From the human T2T-CHM13v2.0 reference genome, Homo sapiens: DNA of 64,000 nt. The stretch's first letter is position 1. Each line of letters begins with the position of its first letter. The position numbers were made by a program, and so were the translations under genes. The DNA is taken from the NCBI RefSeq assembly GCF_009914755.1, contig NC_060945.1; one strand, given 5' to 3'. Shown here one piece after another: positions 49,701-62,300 of this stretch. The notes beneath the pieces are model-generated. The model saw only the letters and a list, made by a program, of their open reading frames with translations, was not told where the DNA came from and did not search any database.

Positions 49701-50600
49701 ACATCAAATATAGATTATATACCATACATAAAATATAAAGGAACCCCAAATATATATGATATACTGTACATGAAATATCAAAGTTCACAAACTATATATT
49801 ATATACTGTAGATAAAATATCAAAGTACCCAAGGTATATATTCTATACTGTACAAAAAATATCAAAGTACCCAAAGCATGTATTATATACTGTACCTAAA
49901 ATATGAAAGTACATCAAATATATATTTTATTCTGTACATAAAATAACAAAGTACACCAGATATATATTTTATAGTGTACATAAAATATGAAATTACCCAA
50001 ACTATACATTACATACTGTACATAAAATATGGAATTACATCAAATATATATTATATTAGGTACGTAAAATATGAAAGTACATCAAATATAGATTATATAC
50101 CATACATAAAATATAAAGGAACCCCAAATATATATGATATACTGTACATGAAATATCAAAGTTCACAAACTATATATTATATACTGTAGATAAAATATCA
50201 AAGTACCCAAGGTATATATTCTATAGTGTAAAAAAAATATCAAAGTACCCAAAGCATGTATTATATACTGTACATAAAATATGAAAGCACATCAAATATA
50301 TATTATATTAGGTACATAAAATATGAAAGTACATAAAATATAGATGATATACTGTACATAAAATATCAAAGTAGCCCAAATATATATTATACAGTGTACA
50401 TGAAATATCAAAATTTACAAAATATATATTATATAATGTACATAAAATATCAAAGTACCCAAAGCAAGTATTATTTACTGTACATAAAAATGAAAGTACA
50501 TCAAATATATATTTTATTCTGTACATAAAATATCAAAGTACACCAGATATATATTTTATAGTGTACATAAAATATCAAGGTACCCAAACTATACATTATA
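34770..50600 (+). repeat. Domain B: distinct HSat1A subfamily built from 378-bp 9-mers and 966-bp 23-mers
   Basis: Diagnostic variants concentrated here: TATGGAATTAC, AGGTACGTAA, ATACCATACAT, TATAAAGGAACCCC, ATATGATATA, CTGTAGAT, ATTTTATAGTG, AAAGTAGCCC, AAAATTTAC. No 373-bp units seen. Confidence 0.88.
38540..50190 (+). repeat. Near-identical tandem duplication, period 5754 bp (137 monomers, about 2 copies)
   Basis: ORF pairs 38887/44641, 39811/45565, 40231/45985, 41911/47665, 42331/48085 and 42877/48631 are offset by 5754; the offset becomes 5753 after a 1-bp deletion near 48895. Shared private variants: GAACGCAC, TATGCAAG, GGAATCCC, CCAGAAAT, TATCCTAT. Confidence 0.94.
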
Positions 50601-53340
50601 TACTGTACATAAAATATGAAATTACATCAAATATATATTATATTAGGTACCTAAAATATGAAAGTACATCTAATATAGATTATATACTGTACAGAAAATA
50701 TCAAAGTACCCCAAATATATATTATAAACTGTACATGAAATATGAAAGTTCACAAACTATATATTATATACTGTACATAAAATATCAAAGTACTCAAGGT
50801 ATATATTCTATACTGTACAAAAAATATCAAAGTACCCAAAGCATGTATTATATACTGTACCTAAAATATGAAAGTACATCAAATATATATTTTATTCTGT
50901 ACATAAAATAACAAAGTACACCAGATATGTATTTTATAGTGTACATAAAATATCAAAGTACCGAAAGTATACATTACATACTGTACATAAAATATGAAAT
51001 TACATCAAATATATATTATATTAGGAACATAAAATATGAAAGTACATCAAATATAGATTATTAACTGTACAGAAAATATCAAAGAACCCCAAATATATAT
51101 TTTATACTGTACATGAAATATCAAACTTCACAAACTATATATTATATAATGTACATAAAATATCAAAGTACCCAAGGTATATATTCTATACTGTACAAAA
51201 AATATCAAAGTCCCCAAAGCATGTGTTATATACTGTACATAAAATATGAAAGTACATCAAATATAAATTTTATTCTGTACATAAAATATCAAAGTACACC
51301 AAATATATATTCTATACTGTACATAAAATATCAAAGTACCCAAACTATACATTATATACTGTACATAAAATATGAAATTACATCAAATATATATTATATT
51401 AGGTACATAAAATATGAAAGTACATCAAATATAGATTATATGCTGTACACTAAATACCAAAGTACCCCAAATATATATTTTATACTGTACATGAAATATC
51501 AACGTTCGCAAACTATATATTATATAATGTAGATAAAATATCAAAGTACCCAAGGTATATATTCTATACTGTACAAAAAATATCAAAGTATCCAAAGCAT
51601 GTATTATACACTGTACATAAAATATGAAAGTACATCAAATATATATATTATTCTGTACCTAAAATATCAAAGTACACCAGATATATATTCTATAGTGTAC
51701 ATAAAATATCAAAGTACCCAAACTATACATTATATACTGTACATAAAATATGAAATTACATCAAATATATATTATATTAGGTACGTAAAATATGAAAGTA
51801 CATCAAATATAGATTATATACTGTACATAAAATATAAAAGTACCCCAAATATATATTATATACTGTACATGAAATATCAAAATACACAAACTATATATTA
51901 TATAGTGTACATAAAATATCAAAGTACCCAAGGTATATGTTCTATGCTGTACAAAAAATATCAAAGTACCCAAACCATGTATTATATACTGTACATAAAA
52001 TATGAAATTACAACAAATATATATTTTATTCTGTACATAAAATATCAAAGTACACCAGATATATAATTTATAGTGTACATAAAATATCAAATTACCGAAA
52101 CTATACATTATATCGTGTACATAAAATATGAAATTACATCAAATATATATTATATTAGGTACGTAAAATATGAAAGTACATCAAATATAGATTATTAACT
52201 GTACATAAAATATCAAAGTACCCCAAATATATATTATACACTGTACATGAAATATCAAAGTTCACAAACTATATATTATATACTGTAGATAAAATATCAA
52301 AGTACACAAGGTATATATTCTATACTGTACAAAAAATATCAAAGTACCCAAAGCATGTATTATATACTGTACATAAAATATGAAAGTTCATCAAATATAT
52401 ATTTTATCCTGTACATAAAATAACAAAGTACACCAGATATATATTTTATAGTGTACATAAAATATCAAAGTACCCAAACTATACATTATATACTGTACAT
52501 AAAGTATGAAATTACATCAAATATATATTATATTAGGTACCTAAAATATGAAAGTACATCAAATATAGATTATTAACTGTACATAAAATATCAAAGAACC
52601 CCAAATATATATTATATACTGTATATGAAATATTAAACTTCACAAACTATATATTATATACTGTACATAAAATATCAAAGTACCCAAGGTATATATTCTA
52701 TACTGTACAAAAAATATCAAAGTACCCAAAGCATGTATTATATACTGTACATAAAATATGAAAGTACATCAAATATATATTTTATTCTGTACATAAAATA
52801 ACAAAGTACACCAGATATATATTTTATAGTGTACATAAAATATCAAAGTACCCAAACTATACATTACATACTGTACATAAAGTATGAAATTACATCAAAT
52901 ATATATTATATTAGGAACATAAAATATGAAAGTACATCAAATATAGATTATTAACTGTACATAAAATATCAAAGAACCCCAAATATATATTATATACTCT
53001 ACATGAAATATCAACGTTCGCAAACTATATATTATATACTGTAGAAAAAATATCAAAGTACCCAAGGTATATATTCTATACTGCACAAAAAATATCAAAG
53101 TATCCAAAGCATGTATTATACACTGTACATAAAATATGAAAGTACATCAAATATATATATTATTCTGTACCTAAAACATCAAAGTACACCAGATATATAT
53201 TTTATAGTGTACATAAAATATCAAAGTACCCAAACTATACATTATATACTGTACATAAAATATGAAATTACATCAAATATATATTATATTAGTTACCTAA
53301 AATATGAAAGTACATCAAATATACATTATTAACTGTACAT
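50600..53340 (+). repeat. Domain C: diverged transitional HSat1A segment
   Basis: Private variant TTATTAACTGT at about 51058, 52193, 52571, 52949 and 53327. CAACGTTCGCA at about 51500 and 53012. Many singleton substitutions and a subset of domain B markers. Confidence 0.72.
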
Positions 53341-56300
53341 AAAATATCAAAGTACCCCAAATATATATTATATACTGTACATGAAATATCAAAGTTCACA
53401 AACTCTATATTATATACTGTACATAAAATATCAAAGTACCCAAGGTATATATTCTATACTGTACAAAAAATATCAAAGTACCCAAAGCATGTATTATATA
53501 CTGTACATAAAAGATGAAAGTACATCAAATATATATTTTATTCTGTACATAAAATATCAAAGTACACCAGATATATATTCTATAGTGTACATAAAATATC
53601 AAAGTACCCAAACTATACATTATATACTGTATATAAAATATGAAATTACATCAAATATATATTAGGTACATAAAATATGAAAGTACATCAAATATGGATT
53701 ATATACTGTACATAAAATATCAATGTACCCCAAATATATATTATATACTGTTTATGAAATATCAAAGTTCACAAACTATTTATTATATACTGTATATAAA
53801 ATATCAAAGTACCCAAGGTATATATTCTATACTGTACAAAAAATATCAAAGTACCCAAAGCATGTATTATATACTGTACATAAAATATGAAAGTACATCA
53901 AATATATATTTAATTCTGTACATAAAATATCAAAGTACACCAGATATATATTCTATAGTGTACATAAAATATCAAAGTACCCAAACTATACATTATATAC
54001 TGTACATAAAATATGAAATTACATCAAATATATATTATATTAGGTACATAAAATATGAAAGTACATCAAATATAGATTATATACTGTACATAAAATATCA
54101 AAGTACCCCAAATATATATTATATACTGTACATGAAATATCAAAGTTCACAAACTATATATTATATACGGTACATAAAATATCAAAGTACCCAAGGTATA
54201 TATTCTATACTGTACAAAAAATATCAAAGTACCCAAAGCATGTATTATATACTGTACATAAAATATGAAAGTACATCAAATATATATTTTATTCTGTACA
54301 TAAAATATCAAAGTACACCAGATATATATTCTATAGTGTACATAAAATATCAAAGTACCCAAACTATACATTATATACTGTACATAAAATATGAAATTAC
54401 ATCAAATATATATTAGGTACATAAAATATGAAAGTACATCAAATATAGATTATATACTGTACATAAAATATCAAAGTACCCAAATATATATCATATACTG
54501 TACATGAAATATCAAAGTTCACAAACTATATATTATATACTGTACATAAAATATCAAAGTACCCAAGGTATATATTCTATACTGCACAAAAAATATCAAA
54601 GTACCCAAAGCATGTATTATAGACTGTATATAAAATATGAAATTACATCAAATATATATTTTATTCTGTACATAAAATATCAAAGTACACCAGATATATA
54701 TTCTATAGTGTACATAAAATAACAAAGTACACAAAGTATAAATTATATACTGTACATAAAATATGAAATTACATCAAATATATATTAGGTACATAAAATA
54801 TGAAAGTACATCAAATATAGATTTTATACTGTACATATAATATCAAAGTACCCCAAATATATATTTTGTACTCTACATGGAATATCAAAGTTCACAAACC
54901 ATATATTATATACTGTACATAAAATATCAAGGTACCCAAGGTATATATTCTATACTGTACAAAAAATATCAAAGTACCCAAAGCATGTATTATATACTGT
55001 ACATAAAATATGAAAGTACATCAAATATATATTTTATTCTGTACGTAAAATTTCAAAGTACACCAGATATATATTCTATAGTGTACATAAAATATCAAAG
55101 TACCCAAACTATAAACTATATACTGTACATAAAATATGAAATTACATCAAATATATATTAGGTACATAAAATATGAAAGTACATCAAATATAGATTATAT
55201 ACTGTACATAAAATATCAATGTACCCCAAATATATATTTTATACTCTACATGAAATATCAAAGTTCACAAACCATATATTGTATACTGTACATAAAATAT
55301 CAAAGTACCCAAGGTATATATTCTATACTATACAAAAAATATCAAAGTACCCAAAGCATGTATTATATACTGTACCTAAAATATGAAAGTACATCAAATA
55401 TATATTTTATTCTGTACATAAAATATCAAAGTACACCAGATATATATTCTATAGTGTACACAAAATATCAAAGTACCCAAACTATACATTACATACTGTA
55501 CATAAAATATGAAATTACATCAAATATATTTTATATTAGGTACATAAAATATGAAAGTACATCAAATATAGATTATACACTGTACATTAAATACCAAAGT
55601 ACCCCAAATATATATTTTATACTGTACATGAAATATCAAACTTCACAAATTATATATTATATAGTGTACATATAATATCAAAGTACCCAAGGTATATATT
55701 CTATACTGTACAAAAAATAACAAAGTACCAAAAGCATGTATAATATACAGTACATAAAATATGAAATTACATCAAATATATATTTTATTCTGTACATAAA
55801 ATATCAAAGTACACCAGATATATATTCTATAGTGTACATAAAATATAAAAGTACCCAAACTATACATTATATACTGTACATAAAATATGTAATTACATCA
55901 AATATATATTATATTAGGTACATAAAATATGAAAGTACATCAAATATAGATTATATACTGTACATTAAATACCAAAGTACCCCAAATATATATTTTATAC
56001 TGTACATGAAATATCAAAGTTCACAAACTATATATTATATACTGTACATAAAATAAAGTCCCCAAGATATATTCTATACTGTAGAAAAAATATCAAAGTA
56101 CCCAAAGCATGTATTATATACTGTATATAAAATATGAAAGTACATCAAATATATATTTTATTCTGTACATAATATATCAAAGTACACCAGATATATATTC
56201 TATAGTGTACATAAAATAACAAAGTACAAAAACTATAAATTATATACTGTACATAAAATATGAAATTACATCAAATATATATTAGGGACATAAAATATGA

Positions 56301-59300
56301 AAGTACATCAAATATAGATTATATACTGTACATAAAATTTCAATGTACCCCAAATATATATTTTATACTCTACATGAAATATCAAAGTTCACAAACCATA
56401 TATTATATACTGTACATAAAATATCAAAGTACCCAAGGTATATATTCTATACTATACAAAAAATATCAAAGTACCCAAAGCATGTATTATATACTGTACC
56501 TAAAATATGAATGTACATCAAATATATATTTTATTCTGTACATAAAATATCAAAGTACACCAGATATATATTCTATAGTGTACACAAAATATCAAAGTAC
56601 CCAAACTATACATTATATACTGTACATAAAATATGAAATTACATCAAATATATTTTATATTAGGTACATAAAATATGAAAGTACATCAAATATAGATTAT
56701 ATACTGTACATTAAATACCAAAGTACCCCAAATATATATTTTATACTGTACATGAAATATCAAAGTTCACAAACTATATATTATATACTGTACATATAAT
56801 ATCAAAGTACACACGGTATATATTCTATACTGTACAAAAAATAACAAAGTACCAAAAGCATGTATAATATACTGTACATAAAATATGAAAGTACATCAAA
56901 TATATATTTTATTCTGTACATAAAATATCAAAGTACACCAGATATATATTCTATAGTGTACATAAAATATCAAAGTACCCAAACTATACATTATATACTG
57001 TAAATAAAATATGAAATTACATCAAATATATTTTATATTAGGTACATAAAATATGAAAGTACATCAAATATAGATTATATACTGTACATAATATATCAAA
57101 GTAACCCAAATATATATTATATACTCTACATGAAATATCAAAGTTCACAAACAATATATTATATACTGTACATAAAATATCAAAGTACCCAAGGTATATA
57201 TTCTATACTGCACAAAAAAATCAAAGTACCCAAAGCATGTATTATATACTGTATATAAAATATGAAAGTACATCAAATATATATTTTATTCTCTACATAA
57301 TATATCAAAGTACACCAGATATATATTCTATAGTGTACATAAAATAACAAAGTACACAAACTATAAATTATATACTGTACATAAAATATGAAATTACATC
57401 AAATATATATTAGGTACATAAAATATGAAAGTACATCAAATATAGATTATATACTGTACATAAAATATCAATGTACCCCAAATATATATTTTATACTCTA
57501 CATGAAATATCAAAGTTCACAAACCATATATTGTATACTGTACATAAAATATGAAAGTACCCAAGGTATGTATTCTATACTGTGCAAAAAATATCAAAGT
57601 ACCCAAAGCATGTATTATATACTGTACATAAAATATGAAAGTACATCAAATATATATTTTATTCTGTACATATAATATCAAAGTACACCATATATATATT
57701 CTATAGTGTACATAAAATATCAAAGTACCCAAACTATACATTATATACTGTACATAAAATATGAAATTACATCAAATATATATTAGGTACATAAAATATG
57801 AAATTACATCAAATATAGATTATATACTGTACATATAATATCAAAGTACCCAAGGTATATATTCTATACTGTACAAAAAATATCAAAGTACCCAAAGCAT
57901 GTATTATATACTGTACATAAAATATGAAAGTACATCAAATATATATTTTATTCTGTACATAATATATCAAAGTACACCAGATATATATTCTATAGTGTAC
58001 ATAAAATAACAAAGTACCCAAACTATACATTATATACTGTACATAAAATATGAAATTACATCAAATATATATTATATTAGGTACATAAAATATGAAAGTA
58101 CATCAAATATAGATTATACACTGTACATAAAATATCAAAGTACCCCAAATATATATTATATACTCTACATGAAATATCAAAGTTCACAAACTATATATTA
58201 TATACTGTACATAAAATAAAGTCCCCAAGGTATATATTCTATACTGTAGAAAAAATATCAAAGTACCCAAAGCATGTATTATATACTGTATATAAAATAT
58301 GAAAGTACATCAAATATATATTTTATTCTGTACATAATATATCAAAGTACACCAGATATATATTCTATAGTGTACATAAAATAACAAAGTACAAAAACTA
58401 TAAATTATATACTGTACATAAAATATGAAATTACATCAAATATATATTAGGTACATAAAATATGAAAGTACATCAAATATAGATTATATACTGTACATAA
58501 AATTTCAATGTACCCCAAATATATATTTTATACTCTACATGAAATATCAAAGTTCACAAACCATGTATTATATACTGTACATAAAATATCAAAGTACCCA
58601 AGGTATATATTCTATACTATACAAAAAATGTCAAAGTACCCAAAGCATGTATTATATACTGTACCTAAAATATGAAAGTACATCAAATATATATTTTATT
58701 CTGTACATAAAATATGAAAGTACACCAGATATATATTCTATAGTGTACATAAAATATCAAAGTACCCAAACTATACATTGTATACTGTACATAAAATATG
58801 AAATTACATCAAATATATATTATATTAGGTACATAAAATATGAAAGTACATCAAATATAGATTATACACTGTACATAAAATATCAAAGTACCCAAAATAT
58901 ATATTATATACTCTACATGAAATATCAAAGTTCACAAACTATATATTATATACTGTACATAAAATAATGTCCCCAAGGTATATATTCTATACTGTAGAAA
59001 AAATATCAAAGTACCCAAAGCATGTATTATATACTGTATATAAAATATGAAAGTACATCAAATATATATTTTATTCTGTACATAATATATCAGAGTACAC
59101 CAGATATATATTCTATAGTGTACATAAAATAACAAAGTACAAAAACTATAAATTATATACTGTACATAAAATATGAAATTACATCAAATATATATTAGGT
59201 ACATAAAATATGAAAGTACATCAAATATAGATTATATACTGTACATAAAATTTCAATGTACCCCAAATATATATTTTATACTCTACATGAAATATCAAAG

Positions 59301-62300
59301 TTCACAAACCATATATAATATAATGTACATAAAATATCAAAGTACCCAAGGTATATATTCTATACTATACAAAAAATATCAAAGTACCCAAAGCATGTAT
59401 TATATACTGTACCTAAAATATGAATGTACATCAAATATATATTTTATTCTGTACATAAAATATCAAAGTACACCAGATATATATTCTATAGTGTACACAA
59501 AATATCAAAGTACCCAAACTATGCATTATATACTGTACATAAAATATGAAATTACATCAAATATATTTTATATTAGGTACATAAAATATGAAAGTACATC
59601 AAATATAGATTATATACTGTACATTAAATACCAAAGTACCCCAAATATATATTTTATACTGTACATGAAATATCAAAGTTCACAAACTATATATTATATA
59701 CTGTACATATAATATCAAAGTACACAAGGTATATATTCTATACTGTACAAAAAATAACAAAGTACCAAAAGCATGTATAATATACTGTACATAAAATATG
59801 AAAGTACATCAAATATATATTTTATTCTGTACATAAAATATCAAAGTACACCAGATATATATTCTATAGTGTACATAAAATATCAAAGTACCCAAACTAT
59901 ACATTATATACTGTACATAAAATATGAAATTACATCAAATATATTTTATATTAGGTACATAAAATATGAAAGTACATCAAATATAGATTATATACTGTAC
60001 ATAATATATCAAAGTAACCCAAATATATATTATATACTCTACATGAAATATCAAAGTTCACAAACAATATATTATATACTGTACATAAAATATCAAAGTA
60101 CCCAAGGTATATATTCTATACTGCACAAAAAAATCAAAGTACCCAAAGCATGTAGTATATACTGTATATAAAATATGAAAGTTCATCAAATATATATTTT
60201 ATTCTCTACGTAATATATCAAAGTACACCAGATATATATTCTATAGTGTACATAAAATATCAAAGTACCCAAACTATACATTATATACTGTACATAAAAT
60301 ATGAAATTACATCAAATATATATTAGGTACATAAAATATGAAAGTACATCAAATATAGATTATATACTGTACATAAAATATCAATGTACCCCAAATATAT
60401 ATTTTATACTTTACATGAAATATCAAAGTTCACAAACCATATATTGTATACTGTACATAAAATATCAAAGTACCCAAGGTATATGTTCTATACTGTACAA
60501 AAAATATCAAAGTACCCAAAGCATGTATTATATACTGTACATAAAATATGAAAGTACATCAAATATATATTTTATTCTGTACATAAAATATCAAAGTACA
60601 CCAGATATATATTCTATAGTGTACATAAAATATCAAAGTACCCAAACTATACATTATATACAGTAAATAAAATATGAGATTACATCAAATATATATTATA
60701 TTAGGTACATAAAATATGAAAGTACATCAACTATAGATTATATACTGTACATTAAATACCAAAGTACCCCAAATATATATTTTATACTGTACATGAAATA
60801 TCAAAGTTCACAAACTATATATTATATACTGTACATAAAATATCAAAGTACCCAAGGTATATATTCTATACTGTACAAAAAATATCAAAGTACCCAAAGC
60901 ATGTATTATATACTGTACCTAAAATATGAAAGTACATCAAATATATATTTTATTCTGTACATAAAATATCAAAGTACACCAGATATATATTCTATAGTGT
61001 ACATAAAATATGAAAGTACCCAAACTATACATTATATACTGTACATAAAATATGAAATTACATCAAATATATATTATATTAGGTACATAAAATATGAAAG
61101 TACATCAAATATAGATTATACACTGTACATAAAATATCAAAGTACCCAAAATATATATTATATACTCTACATGAAATATCAAAGTTCACAAACTATATAT
61201 TATATACTGTACATAAAATAAAGTCCCCAAGATATATATTCTATACTGTAGAAAAAATATCAAAGTACCCAAAGCATGTATTATATACTGTATATAAAAT
61301 ATGAAAGTACATCAAATATATATTTTATTCTGTACATAATATATCAAAGTACACCAGATATATATTCTATAGTGTACATAAAATAACAAAGTACAAAAAC
61401 TATAAATTATATACTGTACATAAAATATGAAATTACATCAAATATATATTAGGTACATAAAATATGAAAGTACATCAAATATAGATTATATACTGTACAT
61501 AAAATTTCAATGTACCCCAAATATATATTTTATACTCTACATGAAATATCAAAGTTCACAAACCATGTATTATATACTGTACATAAAATATCAAAGTACC
61601 CAAGGTATATATTCTATACTATACAAAAAATATCAAAGTACCCAAAGCATGTATTATATACTGTACCTAAAATATGAAAGTACATCAAATATATATTTTA
61701 TTCTGTACATAAAATATGAAAGTACACCAGATATATATTCTATAGTGTACATAAAATATCAAAGTACCCAAACTATACATTATATACTGTACATAAAATA
61801 TGAAATTACATCAAATATATATTATATTAGGTACATAAAATATGAAAGTACATCAAATATAGATTATACACTGTACATAAAATATCAAAGTACCCAAAAT
61901 ATATATTATATACTCTACATGAAATATCAAAGTTCACAAACTATATATTATATACTGTACATAAAATAATGTCCCCAAGGTATATATTCTATACTGTAGA
62001 AAAAATATCAAAGTACCCAAAGCATGTATTATATACTGTATATAAAATATGAAAGTACATCAAATATATATTTTATTCTGTACATAATATATCAGAGTAC
62101 ACCAGATATATATTCTATAGTGTACATAAAATAACAAAGTACAAAAACTATAAATTATATACTGTACATAAAATATGAAATTACATCAAATATATATTAG
62201 GTACATAAAATATGAAAGTACATCAAATATAGATTATATACTGTACATAAAATTTCAATGTACCCCAAATATATATTTTATACTCTACATGAAATATCAA

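Noticed and set aside
5735-52108. Short minus-strand ORFs (65-101 aa)
   Set aside because: They arise when single substitutions remove recurring stop codons, and they replicate with the duplications.
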